Shown: positions 10,062-20,115, counted from the first letter of the stretch. The stretch: DNA of 64,000 bases from Deltaproteobacteria bacterium UBA6601 (GCA_002433485.1 DJIF01000084.1:61286-125285), one strand, 5' to 3'. Made by a program: numbers and translations. The notes: generated from the sequence alone by a model not told the origin.

Positions 10062-11264
10062 TCAAGGCTGGCGACTCCGCGCAAAGGCCTGCTCCAGGTC
10101 CTCGCGCAGATCCTGCTCGTCCTCGAGCCCAACACTCAGACGGACCAGACCGTCAGCAATGCCAATGGCCTGGCGAACATCAGGCGGCACACTGGCATGG
10201 GTCATTGCTGCGGGCAGCTCGATGAGGCTCTCTACGCCGCCTAAACTCTCCGCCAGGGTCATCACCTGGGTAGACGATACAAAGCGCTCTGCGCGGGCCA
10301 GGTCGGCCCTCAGCTCAAAGCTGAGCATGCCACCAAAGCCGTGCATCTGCCGGGCCGCAACTTCATGCTGCGGATGACTCTCGAGACCAGGATAGATGAC
10401 CCTCTCAACGTCCTCGTGCTCGCTGAGAAAGCGAGCCAGCGCCATAGCGCTGCGCTGATGACGATCCATGCGCACGTGAAGGGTCTTAATGCCGCGCAGA
10501 GTAAGAAAACAATCCTGGGGCCCAGGCGTCGCACCGATGGAATTCTGCAAGCGGAACATCTCGGCTGCAAATTCATCTTCATTAGTGATGACTGCGCCGC
10601 CAACCACATCGCTGTGCCCCCCCAGATACTTGGTCGTACTGTGCAGCACAGCATCAGCACCAAGGGCCAAAGGACTCTGAAAATAGGGCGTAGCAAAGGT
10701 GTTATCCACCAGGGCACGGGCTCCCACGCTATGAGCCAGCTCTGCCATCTGGGCAATATCGATGACCTTAAGCAGTGGATTGGTCGGCGTCTCGATCCAC
10801 AGCAACCGGGTCTGCCCGGGTCGAAGGGCCGCCTGTGCCGCATCCAGATCACACAGATCCACATAGGTGAATTCAATTCCCAGCGGCCGAAAGACGGTCT
10901 CGAAAATCCGCCAGGTCCCACCATAGACGTCGTCCGAAGAGACCACATGATCACCCGGCGACAAGCTGTGCAGAACGGTGCTGGTAGCGGCACAGCCTGA
11001 GCTGAAGCAGACCCCATGACGAGCACCCTCCAGCGATGCCAGACAGGTCTCCAGCGCAGTCCTGGTCGGATTGCCGGTCCGAGCATACTCGTAGCCCTTG
11101 TGGCCACCGACACCCTCCTGCACGAAGGTGCTGGTCTGATAGATGGGCACCATCACTGCCCCGGTCACCGGCTCGGCGGGCTGACCGGCATGAATGGCTC
11201 GGGTTCCGAAGCCGTTCCCTTCGCAGAGATCATCGCGCGGCGGCCAGGGCTTGACGGTGCTCAT
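10062..11264 (-). CDS. Cystathionine gamma-lyase/synthase (Cys/Met metabolism PLP enzyme)
   Basis: YARTGNPT, FSSGCAA, DNTFATP, HSTTKYLGGHSD (PLP Lys), AESLGGVES and VRLSVGLE. Start overlaps the cbs stop. Confidence 0.93.
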   Translation of the reverse strand: MSTVKPWPPRDDLCEGNGFGTRAIHAGQPAEPVTGAVMVPIYQTSTFVQEGVGGHKGYEYARTGNPTRTALETCLASLEGARHGVCFSSGCAATSTVLHSLSPGDHVVSSDDVYGGTWRIFETVFRPLGIEFTYVDLCDLDAAQAALRPGQTRLLWIETPTNPLLKVIDIAQMAELAHSVGARALVDNTFATPYFQSPLALGADAVLHSTTKYLGGHSDVVGGAVITNEDEFAAEMFRLQNSIGATPGPQDCFLTLRGIKTLHVRMDRHQRSAMALARFLSEHEDVERVIYPGLESHPQHEVAARQMHGFGGMLSFELRADLARAERFVSSTQVMTLAESLGGVESLIELPAAMTHASVPPDVRQAIGIADGLVRLSVGLEDEQDLREDLEQAFARSRQP

Positions 11265-12646
11265 CGATTCCCCTTCGAGACATAGTCGATGACATCGATC
11301 TTAGTCACCACATCAACGAGGCTGCCATTCTCCATCACCAGGGCAATCTTGACCCGGGTGAACATGTCGGCGAGGACTCCTATCCGGGTCGCCCGATCGA
11401 CCACTGAGTAGGAATTCACGACGATTTTGCTGACCGGTTCCTGGGCAGCGCCAGGGTGGTCCAGGAGATGCGCAAGGACAGCAGCCTCTGTGACGATTCC
11501 AATCACCGCATCACCGTCCATAACCGGCACCTGACTGACGCCCTGATCGCGCATCAAGGCGGCCACTTCACGAATCGCCCGATCCTGCTCCACGGTGAAC
11601 ACCGAGCTGCGCTCTCCACCATTGAGAAGATCGGCCACGGTGCCACTACCCGCGACATCATCGAGATAACCGTTCTCCCGCATCCAGTCGTCGTTAAAGA
11701 TCTTGCCGAGATACTGGCGGCCCGTATCAGGCAGAAGGATCAAGACCTTCTGACCGGGTCGGTCGTGCTGCTTGAGCCACTTCATCGCCCCAGCGACAGC
11801 CGCGCCACCCGAGCCACCACAGAAGATCCCCTCCCGACGGACTAGATCACGAGTCATCAGGTAGCACTCACGGTCCGTCACTCGAACCACATCATCGAGC
11901 ACCGAGAGGTCCATGGTAGACGGCAGAAAGTCTTCACCAATACCTTCAACACTGTAAGAATAAGCCTCTGTCATCTTTCCAGTTTTAAATAGGTCATAGT
12001 AAATTGAGCCGACCGGGTCTACGCCGACGATCTTGATCTCGGGATTCTGCTCTTTAAGGTACTTGCCAACCCCCGACAGGGTCCCGCCGGTACCCATCCC
12101 AGCCACAAAGACATCAATCTCACCGGCCAACTGCCGCCAGATCTCAGGTCCGGTCTCCAGGTAGTGGGTCTCCGGGTTATCCGGGTTGTGATACTGGTTG
12201 GCGTAGAACGAATTAGGGGTGTCCTCCACCTCCTTGCGCGACACCGAATAGTACGAGCGTGGGTCCTCGGGCTCGACCGCAGTAGGCGTCACCACCACCC
12301 TGGAGCCAAATGCGCGCAGCGCCTGAACCTTCTCCATGGACTGCTTGTCGGGCATAACAAAGGTGCTGTCGTAGCCCCCCAGCACAGCGGCCATAGCCAG
12401 ACCCAGACCAGTATTGCCTGAGGTAGCCTCCACGATGGTCCCGCCAGGAACGATCTCGCCACGCTCCTCGGCCCGACGCACGATATGACGTGCAATGCGG
12501 TCCTTCACCGAACCACCAGGGTTCATGAACTCGAGCTTCGCGTAAACCTCACTCTGCAGCTCACCAGCGAGCCGACCAAGTCGAACCGCAGGGGTATTGC
12601 CAATGCACTCCAGAACGTTATCAAAGACGTTGATCTGTTCAGCCAT
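11261..12646 (-). CDS. cbs: Cystathionine beta-synthase with C-terminal CBS-domain pair
   Basis: NPGGSVKDR PLP Lys, EATSGNTG, GMGTGGT and EGIGEDF, followed by a C-terminal CBS pair. Confidence 0.9.
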   Translation of the reverse strand: MAEQINVFDNVLECIGNTPAVRLGRLAGELQSEVYAKLEFMNPGGSVKDRIARHIVRRAEERGEIVPGGTIVEATSGNTGLGLAMAAVLGGYDSTFVMPDKQSMEKVQALRAFGSRVVVTPTAVEPEDPRSYYSVSRKEVEDTPNSFYANQYHNPDNPETHYLETGPEIWRQLAGEIDVFVAGMGTGGTLSGVGKYLKEQNPEIKIVGVDPVGSIYYDLFKTGKMTEAYSYSVEGIGEDFLPSTMDLSVLDDVVRVTDRECYLMTRDLVRREGIFCGGSGGAAVAGAMKWLKQHDRPGQKVLILLPDTGRQYLGKIFNDDWMRENGYLDDVAGSGTVADLLNGGERSSVFTVEQDRAIREVAALMRDQGVSQVPVMDGDAVIGIVTEAAVLAHLLDHPGAAQEPVSKIVVNSYSVVDRATRIGVLADMFTRVKIALVMENGSLVDVVTKIDVIDYVSKGNR

Positions 12647-12857
12647 CCCTCACCTCGCAACGCGGAGCAGCGAGGCCATTGGTCTCGGCTCCTTTCCCTG
12701 AGGCCTCTGCAGCGCACCCACTCGCACGCAAGAGACCGCGCCGCAGTGGTAGCACGAGGCATGGTCGCGGGCAACGGTCCTTCCCTGCCAAGCTGTTCAA
12801 GTCCAGTCAACTTCAGCTCGGCCGCTCGCAAGCGGCACCCACCCTTCGTCATGTTGC

Positions 12858-13085
12858 TCAATAGTGCGGCGGAAGGTCCTCCTCTGGCGCAGGCAGTTCT
12901 CCTGGCGGATTCTGAAGTTGTTCGACCAGCTGCTCGATCCGACGTTCCAACCTCGAGATGCGATTTTCAAACCCACGGACAAAGGCCTCGAGACGCTCAT
13001 TATCCGAGCGCCGTTCCTCGCTGCGCAGCTCCAACTCTATAAGACGGCCCTCAAGTCCCTGGGATGTAGTCTCTTCGGTGCTCAC
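12858..13085 (-). CDS. slyX: SlyX-family protein
   Basis: RLIELE coiled coil and C-terminal PPHY. GTG 13085 has GGAG upstream and gives 75 aa. Confidence 0.75.
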   Translation of the reverse strand: MSTEETTSQGLEGRLIELELRSEERRSDNERLEAFVRGFENRISRLERRIEQLVEQLQNPPGELPAPEEDLPPHY

Positions 13086-13199
13086 TGCTCTGTCTCCGCA
13101 ACTGCCCACAGCTTGCACGCAGCTTCTCCGCATTGTACCTCTCGCACAAGCTGTAGAGATGTCCTCCACAGTCATGTGACACCCGAACGAGGAAGTGCC

Positions 13200-15344
13200 G
13201 TGCGAAGCGTAACGCTACTGGTGCCCTCCCCCGCCGATCCGCAGCGACTGGACCGATTCGTCGTGGCCAACGTCAGCGAGCTCTCAAGACGCCAGGTCAA
13301 AGGCCTGATAAACGCCGGAAAAGTAAAGGTGCAGGGGCGATTGGAGCGACGCGCTGGACGGCATTTGAAGCCAGGTGAGACGGTGTCGGTCGAGTACCGA
13401 CCGTCCTGGAGCGGCCAGGCTCTGCCAGCAGCCTTGCGGGTCGTCCATCAAGGGCAGGGATGGCTGGCCATCGACAAGCCCAGCGGGGTTGCCAGCCACG
13501 ACAGCGGCGATCACGAGCTCCCCTCCATTACCGCTTTGCTCGACGCAGATTCAGATCCTGAGCGCCGCGAGCTGCGCCCTATTCATCGCCTAGATCGCAG
13601 CACATCTGGCCTGCTACTGCTCGCCGCAGGAACGCACCGAGCCGAGCTCTCCGCGCTGTTCGCCCAGCGAAGCATCTCCAAGGAATACCTCGCTGTGGTC
13701 CACCCGGCACCCAAAAAGGCTGCCGGAAAGATCGACGGCCCGACCATCGAAGGCAAGCCCTGCTCGCTAAGCTGGCAGTTGCTCAGAACCTCCCAGGATG
13801 GCAGCCGCGCTGAGCTGCTGGTACGCCCCGACCAGGGTCGCTGGCACCAGGTACGCATTCAACTCAGCGCTGCCGGGCATCCCCTGATCGGTGACATGGA
13901 GCACGGACATCCGGTCCCCGGCGGAGCTCCTCGACTGGCCCTCCACGCCCAGCGCTTAAGCTGTGATCGATTCGACATCAGCTGCCCTCCACCACCATCC
14001 TGGGAAGATCTTCTGGAGCCCAGCACGAACACAGCAGAAGCCCTATCGAGGGCAACGAGCAGCCAGCAGACTGCTGCGGACAGCAGCCGCCGCCAAGACT
14101 CAGGCAACACGCTATCGACGCAAAGCAACAGACTCCCGTCGCTGCGAATCTCCCGCGCCTCGGCCAGAATCCTGGCAGCTGGTCACCCTTGGTTGATTCA
14201 AGATCGATGGACTGGTGATCTGAGCGGCCTGCAACAAGGGCAGCCCATTCGACTGTTCGACGAAAAGGACCGATTTGTTGCGACCGCGCTGGCCGATCCT
14301 GAGCGCGAGCTATGTGCCTGGGTGCTCTCCAGACGACCCGCTGAGGAGCCTTCCCCGGAGTTGTGGGTTCAGCGAGCTGCAGCCGCAATTGAACGGCGCT
14401 CTGAACTTCTTAACGACCCAGGCTGTAACGCACTACGCCTGATTCACGGCGCCGCCGACGGCTTTCCTGGACTCAGCATAGACCTCTGGGGGGAATTGCT
14501 GGTAGCGACCCTGCGCAGCCCTGCCTTAAGGACAATGGCCACCGCTGCCTACCAGGGCCTCCGCAATCAGTTGGGCGAGCGACCGCTGCTGGAACGAGAC
14601 CACTTCACCGACCTCCGCACTACAAAACGGAGCAATGCGCGTCTTACGCAGCGATGGATTGATCCGCCAACAACAGAGCTGCCCAGCTCGTGGTGGGTCC
14701 AGGAGGCTGAACTCAGTTACCTCGTCTCACCGCTACAGGGCCTATCGAGCGGGCTGTATCCAGATCAGCGCTCCAACCGCGCGCTACTCAGCGCGCTACT
14801 GAAACAGAACCCTGGCGGCCAGGTGGCCAACCTGTTCTCGCACACCGGGGCATTCTCGGTGGCCTGTGCTGCGGCAGGAGCAGAGCGGGTTTGGTCGATC
14901 GACCTCTCTCGACCGTGGAGTGAGGTGGCGCGAAGAAACCTTCAGCAAAACCAGATCAGTGAGCAGGACCACCCTGTCATCACAGCCAGCGCCCACGCCT
15001 GGTTGGAATCTCACACGGAACCCCTTGCTGGGATCATCCTGGACCCTCCAAGTCGCTCAAGCGGAGCTCGCAGAGATGGCGGATGGAGCAGCAGAAAGGA
15101 CTACAAGGAAATGATCCGACTGGCAGCTACACGCCTTAGACCTGGCGGTTGGATGCTGTGCTGCAGCAACCTAAAAGGGGTGCGCAATCGCTGGCTTCAA
15201 GAGCAGATCCAAACCGGAATCACAGCTGCCGGCAGAGCAGTGATCCAGCGGCGCAATGCGCCGCCTTCACCAGACTTCCCTACCCTAAAGGGCTTCCCAG
15301 AGGGGCGCTCCTTCCAGGCCTCGTTGGTGTGGCTGGATGAATGA
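13200..15344 (+). CDS. Fusion of S4/RluA-family pseudouridine synthase and RlmI-like PUA + class I SAM rRNA methyltransferase
   Basis: RluA half: RLDRFV..LSRRQV S4, DKPSG, HRLDRSTSG, KEYLAVV, GRWHQVR..GHPLIGD. RlmI half: GHPWL, HGAADGFPGL, GLYPDQRSNR, NLFSHTGAFS, ILDPPS. GTG 13200 follows GAGGAAG. Confidence 0.85.
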   Translation: MRSVTLLVPSPADPQRLDRFVVANVSELSRRQVKGLINAGKVKVQGRLERRAGRHLKPGETVSVEYRPSWSGQALPAALRVVHQGQGWLAIDKPSGVASHDSGDHELPSITALLDADSDPERRELRPIHRLDRSTSGLLLLAAGTHRAELSALFAQRSISKEYLAVVHPAPKKAAGKIDGPTIEGKPCSLSWQLLRTSQDGSRAELLVRPDQGRWHQVRIQLSAAGHPLIGDMEHGHPVPGGAPRLALHAQRLSCDRFDISCPPPPSWEDLLEPSTNTAEALSRATSSQQTAADSSRRQDSGNTLSTQSNRLPSLRISRASARILAAGHPWLIQDRWTGDLSGLQQGQPIRLFDEKDRFVATALADPERELCAWVLSRRPAEEPSPELWVQRAAAAIERRSELLNDPGCNALRLIHGAADGFPGLSIDLWGELLVATLRSPALRTMATAAYQGLRNQLGERPLLERDHFTDLRTTKRSNARLTQRWIDPPTTELPSSWWVQEAELSYLVSPLQGLSSGLYPDQRSNRALLSALLKQNPGGQVANLFSHTGAFSVACAAAGAERVWSIDLSRPWSEVARRNLQQNQISEQDHPVITASAHAWLESHTEPLAGIILDPPSRSSGARRDGGWSSRKDYKEMIRLAATRLRPGGWMLCCSNLKGVRNRWLQEQIQTGITAAGRAVIQRRNAPPSPDFPTLKGFPEGRSFQASLVWLDE

Positions 15345-15413
15345 CGAGATCATGTTAAGCAGCATCGTCTACGGCTGCTCGCGAAGCTGACCGAGGCAGG
15401 CTAGAGTCCCCCT

Positions 15414-15740
15414 GTGGCCAGCAGCACACCAAAGCGAGACGTCAAATCCATCAACCCGGCCTGGGAGAAGGACGAACAGACGACAAGTGCGCTACCTGGG
15501 ACCAGCGCCGCCGGGGCCTTGGCGCGATCTGTAGCGGCAGCTACTCGCCGCATCGCACCGGCACTATTCCATTGGATCTCGGGAAAAGCCCCGGAACTGA
15601 GCCTACGGTGGGGAAGTCGCGAGTACGCGCTTCGCTACGATGGAATCCACGAGAAGCGACGCGAAGGCAAGGCTTGGCGCGACAACCCCAAGAGCAACTA
15701 CAATGAGGCGGTCCGGCGTCGTCAGGAGCGCAAAAGCTAG
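15414..15740 (+). CDS. Hypothetical protein (108 aa, basic C-terminus)
   Basis: Fills the gap between 15344 and 15768 on the same strand as the upstream gene. No recognised motif and a weak RBS. Confidence 0.4.
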   Translation: MASSTPKRDVKSINPAWEKDEQTTSALPGTSAAGALARSVAAATRRIAPALFHWISGKAPELSLRWGSREYALRYDGIHEKRREGKAWRDNPKSNYNEAVRRRQERKS

Positions 15741-15767
15741 CATCGCCGAGATCCGTGAACCAAAGAA

Positions 15768-16943
15768 TCACGGAATTTCAGGGACTGTCTCCTGACCATC
15801 AGCAAAGAGCTCCTGCAACAAACCCTCACAACGGCTCAATGCTTCCGAAATAGCCACGATCCAGGCGTCTTCCAACTGGTAGCGCTGGGCATCCCGAAGG
15901 ACCTCTCGATAGTCACTGGCCGCGCGCTCGAGAAAACGCCCTGTGGCCTCTTCCAGGAGTTCCCGATAGACAGCCCCATGCTCTCCATCCAGTTGAGACG
16001 GCTTCGGTGCGGCCAACAAGTCGCGACGAAAGTCTTCATACACTCCACCAAGAGCGAGTGCTGCTGCACCACTCCAAGCCGCCTCCAGGTGTCTTAGACA
16101 CCGCTTGAAGTGACGCCGCGCCTCGAGCAGATCGCGAGCTTTATCGGTGAGCCGCTGGTCCAGGAGTTCAAGGTTATCGACCGCATCTAAGGAGTGACTA
16201 GCGGCCCTCATCCGGTACACCTTGCCCACGTGGTACCAGAGCATGGCGGACTGGAATGGGTAGCGATCACCCTCCCGCAATGCACGCTTGCGGATGGCCC
16301 TACCGATTGCCTTAATGTTCCACTCAGCCCGTTCAAAGTTGCCCTCTTGAGCAGTAACGATAGCGTAGAGGATCTGTGCCTCCCAGCGCTCTGGCAGAAC
16401 CAACTCGGTCTCTGCGAGCGCCTTATCAAGCGGAGCTCTGGACTCCTCGACCCGACCGAGCCGTTGCAGCAAGGCGGCGATCCGAGTGCGGGTTTCTGCG
16501 GCATCCTGGCGAAGATCGAGACCGCACAGCTCTACATAGCGAGCAAAGGCTCCTATAGCAGCTTCAAGATCGCCCAACTTCTCCAGCGAAAGGCCTAGGT
16601 TGTAGTGAGCCGAAAGGGCACCCTCGGCATCGGGGAATTCATCAACAAGGCGACCGTAGAGTGCCGCACTTAGTTCAACATCCCCACGCTGAAAAGCCTC
16701 ATAACCGAGATGAAACAGGTCCCCAGCGTCGTAACCATCAAGCCCGGTAAGAAGGTCATCGCCGGCGCGGATTCGAGTGGGATCAAGGCGCAGTCCGGCG
16801 GGCGGCTGACCTGCTGGCAGCTTGGCCGCATCCTGGACCTGAGGGGGGCCACCGCGTTGATGCGCACAACCGAAACTGCCAAACAACAGTACAGCGAAAC
16901 AAAGCACCAGCAACCGAGAAAAAGCCAGGCCGGCGCTGCTCAA
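15768..16943 (-). CDS. Tetratricopeptide-repeat lipoprotein
   Basis: Lipobox-like LFGSFGC and TPR-like helices (AHYNLGLSLEKLGDLEAAIGAF). ATGA overlap with miaB. Confidence 0.75.
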   Translation of the reverse strand: MSSAGLAFSRLLVLCFAVLLFGSFGCAHQRGGPPQVQDAAKLPAGQPPAGLRLDPTRIRAGDDLLTGLDGYDAGDLFHLGYEAFQRGDVELSAALYGRLVDEFPDAEGALSAHYNLGLSLEKLGDLEAAIGAFARYVELCGLDLRQDAAETRTRIAALLQRLGRVEESRAPLDKALAETELVLPERWEAQILYAIVTAQEGNFERAEWNIKAIGRAIRKRALREGDRYPFQSAMLWYHVGKVYRMRAASHSLDAVDNLELLDQRLTDKARDLLEARRHFKRCLRHLEAAWSGAAALALGGVYEDFRRDLLAAPKPSQLDGEHGAVYRELLEEATGRFLERAASDYREVLRDAQRYQLEDAWIVAISEALSRCEGLLQELFADGQETVPEIP

Positions 16944-18322
16944 GAAAGCACCTCAAGCCTGCGGCGAGGGCTGACCTTGGCGCCCAACGGGCTCGGATCA
17001 TGGCCGAGAAGGCTGTTGCTCAAGGCGCGCTCTACCCCGACCTCAACCAATTGGCCAATCAGGGCGGTATCGCCTGGGAAATTAACGATCCAGTTCTGCG
17101 ATATTCGACCACTAAGCCAACTTGGATCGCGGCGACTGGGGCCCTCCACCAGGACCGGCACCCTGCGCCCCTCAAAAGCAACCATCTTGCGCTGGGTAAT
17201 CTCAGCCTGGAGGTGTTGAACCTCATGCAGCCTGCGTTTCTTGACCTCGGCGGGCACATCATCGGCGAGACTTCTTGCCGCCGGCGTATGGGGCCGGACA
17301 CTGTAGGCAAAGGAGTAGATAAAGTCGTACTCAACCTCTGCCAACAGGCTCAAGGTGGCCTGATGCTCTTCCTCTGTCTCACCGCAGAAGCCAACGATAA
17401 TATCCGTTGAGAGGGCAATATCAGGGCGGGCCTGACGGAGGTCACGAACCAGCGTGAGGTACTCCTCACGGCTGTGCCGACGACGCATTCGCGCAAGCAT
17501 CGAGTCGGCTCCAGCCTGCACAGGCAGGTGAAAGTAGGAGCACAGTCTGGGCTCTGTAGCGAACAGCTCCACAAGGCCTGGATCAAGATCCCAGGGATTG
17601 GACGTCGTGAATCGAACGCGCTTGATCCCGGGCACCGCAGCGATGCTCCCAAGCAACTCGTGAAAAGGCGGTTCAGCACTCTTCTTCAAGCCGTAGCTGT
17701 TGACATTCTGCCCAAGCACGGTGACCTCGGCGACACCACGGGCGGCGAGCGCACGCACCTCAGCCAGCACCTCAGCAGCAGGTCGAGAAGCTTCGCGGCC
17801 TCGGGTAAATGGCACGATGCAGAAGGAGCAAAAGCTGTCACAGCCCTTTTGGATAGTGACGAATGCGGTCACGCCCTTCTCGCCACGAACCACGATGTCG
17901 TTGGTGAACGGATAGTTCTGCCGGTCAAGCTGCTCAGTGGCCAATACCCGCGACCGGCTGAGCTGCACATCCAACAGCAGCCCCGGCAAGCGCGGAATAG
18001 CATCGGGCCCCATCACCAGGTCGAGGTAGGGAAAGCTGCGCAGCAGAGCGCCCGACTCCTGCTGCGCATAGCAGCCGGTAACTCCCAACACCAATCCGTC
18101 CCGTTCCTCCTTGAGCGAACGCAAGCGACCCATCATCGAGCGCAGCTTCTGCTCCGGCTTCTCCCGCACCGAACAGGTATTGAGCAAGATCACATCGGCA
18201 AGTTCGGGGCTATCGGTCTGGACGTAGCCGTCCGCTTCGAGCAAGCGCAGCATCTTGCCGCTGTCGAGCTCGTTCATCTGGCACCCGAAGGTGCGCATAT
18301 AAACTCGCTTCAGCTGCTCCAC
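16940..18322 (-). CDS. miaB: tRNA-2-methylthio-N6-dimethylallyladenosine synthase
   Basis: TFGCQMN, NTCSVRE, GCYAQ, radical SAM CDSFCSFC, HLPVQAG and C-terminal TRAM domain. Confidence 0.95.
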   Translation of the reverse strand: MEQLKRVYMRTFGCQMNELDSGKMLRLLEADGYVQTDSPELADVILLNTCSVREKPEQKLRSMMGRLRSLKEERDGLVLGVTGCYAQQESGALLRSFPYLDLVMGPDAIPRLPGLLLDVQLSRSRVLATEQLDRQNYPFTNDIVVRGEKGVTAFVTIQKGCDSFCSFCIVPFTRGREASRPAAEVLAEVRALAARGVAEVTVLGQNVNSYGLKKSAEPPFHELLGSIAAVPGIKRVRFTTSNPWDLDPGLVELFATEPRLCSYFHLPVQAGADSMLARMRRRHSREEYLTLVRDLRQARPDIALSTDIIVGFCGETEEEHQATLSLLAEVEYDFIYSFAYSVRPHTPAARSLADDVPAEVKKRRLHEVQHLQAEITQRKMVAFEGRRVPVLVEGPSRRDPSWLSGRISQNWIVNFPGDTALIGQLVEVGVERALSNSLLGHDPSPLGAKVSPRRRLEVLS

Positions 18323-19224
18323 GACTCGGACTCGAAGTCACTGGCCTCTGCCTTACGCTCAAAGCGCTTGACCAAGCCGCACAGGGTGCGCCCGGCTCCA
18401 ACCTCCAACCAGCGGTCAACACCGCGCTCCACCAGAGTGGCCATGGACTGCTGCCAGAGCACCGGCCTGCTCACCTGGCGAACCAATCGATCTCGAATCT
18501 CCGCCGGACTCGACTGGTCGGCCCACTGAGCGGTGACGTTGGGTACATAAGGAAGAACCTGCGGGGCGATCTCAACCTCCTCCAAGGCGACCGCAAGGCG
18601 CTCCCCAGCCGGAGCCAACAGCGAACAATGAAAGGGAGCCGATACATTCAGCTTCTTGGCAATGCCCCGGTATTCCTTGATCCGTCCACAAGCCCGATCG
18701 ACTGCCTCAACATGACCGGCGATGACCACCTGGCCAACCGTATTGTAGGCGGAAGGCTCAAGCACCTGACCTTGCGCTGAATCCGCACACAGCGCTTCAA
18801 TGACCGCCGGGTCCTTAATGCCGATAATTGCGGCCATGGTCCCAACACCCAAAGGCACGGCACTCTGCATGGCCTGGCCTCGGAGTCGAGTCAGCCGAAC
18901 AGCATCAGCAAAATCGATGGCACCCGCACAGACCAGCGCGCTGTACTCACCCAGCGAGTGTCCAGCGACCACATCCGGGCGGTGCCCCTCAGCTTCAAGT
19001 ACTCGTGAATAGGCGACCGCGACTGTCAACAGCGCCGGCTGGGTATTCTCAGTGCGAGTAAGGAGCTCATCAGGCCCCTCAAGAATGACTTTGGACAAGG
19101 CCTCTCCGAGAGCCTCATCAGCCTCTTCGAAGGTCTGTCGTACCAGCTGAGAGCGCCCCAACCAGTCGCTTCCCATTCCAACTGCCTGACTCCCCTGACC
19201 GGGAAACACATGAGCCGTAGTCAT
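18310..19224 (-). CDS. fabD: Malonyl CoA-ACP transacylase
   Basis: FPGQGSQ, TQPAL, GHSLGE (catalytic Ser) and VSAPFH. Confidence 0.96.
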   Translation of the reverse strand: MTTAHVFPGQGSQAVGMGSDWLGRSQLVRQTFEEADEALGEALSKVILEGPDELLTRTENTQPALLTVAVAYSRVLEAEGHRPDVVAGHSLGEYSALVCAGAIDFADAVRLTRLRGQAMQSAVPLGVGTMAAIIGIKDPAVIEALCADSAQGQVLEPSAYNTVGQVVIAGHVEAVDRACGRIKEYRGIAKKLNVSAPFHCSLLAPAGERLAVALEEVEIAPQVLPYVPNVTAQWADQSSPAEIRDRLVRQVSRPVLWQQSMATLVERGVDRWLEVGAGRTLCGLVKRFERKAEASDFESESWSS

Positions 19225-19228
19225 CTCT

Positions 19229-20050
19229 CTACCTCACCTCAATGTTGGCGCAGGCGACTGCAAGCAGCCGCGTCTCGTTTTGACACTTGACCTCGCGATG
19301 CAACGCGAGTCCCTTCTTACCCAGGAAGCGGGTCTCGTAGTCAACCCGCCAATGAACCCTCTGACCGTTAACCTCAATAGGCATGTCGATGATCTCGGCT
19401 TCACCGTTTACCCACAGATCGACCTGCGGAACACAGCCCTGGGGTATCACGGAACTGGGCGACCACTGCGCCAGGGTCAGAGAGTCGGCAGTAATCACCG
19501 GCACCTCTCCCACCGCGCTTAGCTTGCCCGGCGCCTTCGATCGAGCCGCGCGGCCCAGCGCCAACCGCTCGGTGCAGGGTGCAAAATCAAGGCGGCTGAG
19601 ATCGAAGGCCACGAAGGTGTGTGGTGAAGATGGATGATCCACTTCCGTGGGCTGGGCGGCAGGGCCAGAGACCCAGCCATCCGCTACATCAAGCCGACAC
19701 TTGGCGTTGAGGGAGACCTTAAGTCGTCGCTTACGTTGGCTCACCTGCCCCTGCTCGACGAAGTCCATAGACTCGTTCCCAGTACGCCGTCCGACCAGCG
19801 AAAAACGCTCGTCCAGTCCACCAGCAACGTAGGTCGCCAAGACCTGTTCTCCTTCGCGGGCGAAGCGAATGCGGAACTTGGAGTTAATGGACTGCTCTCC
19901 GTCCAGTCGACCGAAAGTGCCGGCAAGACTATCCATGTTGAGGTCACCACAACGGTGCAGAACCACCGCGACTTCGTCATCAGAAGGTCCGCAGCCCACA
20001 GCCGAGGTCAAGGCAAACAGAACGGCAAGGATGAAGTAGCAACGGGTCAT
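19229..20050 (-). CDS. Uncharacterised lipoprotein (273 aa)
   Basis: From ATG 20050: MTRCYFILAVLFALTSAVGC (lipobox), then a beta-rich body. It ends 4 nt before fabD. Confidence 0.7.
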   Translation of the reverse strand: MTRCYFILAVLFALTSAVGCGPSDDEVAVVLHRCGDLNMDSLAGTFGRLDGEQSINSKFRIRFAREGEQVLATYVAGGLDERFSLVGRRTGNESMDFVEQGQVSQRKRRLKVSLNAKCRLDVADGWVSGPAAQPTEVDHPSSPHTFVAFDLSRLDFAPCTERLALGRAARSKAPGKLSAVGEVPVITADSLTLAQWSPSSVIPQGCVPQVDLWVNGEAEIIDMPIEVNGQRVHWRVDYETRFLGKKGLALHREVKCQNETRLLAVACANIEVR

Positions 20051-20115
20051 GGGCGGCCTTATAGCAGAGGACAGGAAAGAGGCCGGAAACCTTGCCAAAG
20101 GCAAGGAAACAAAGT

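Noticed and set aside
12647-12857. SAM or other riboswitch upstream of cbs
   Set aside because: No SAM-I core or other recognisable consensus on the minus strand. An Rfam scan would settle it.
17474-18529. 351-aa plus-strand ORF and similar long antisense ORFs (e.g. 35081-35896, 39805-40542, 43592-44455, 60625-61215)
   Set aside because: They overlap well-supported genes or the tRNA, show no motifs, and are typical of high-GC shadow frames.
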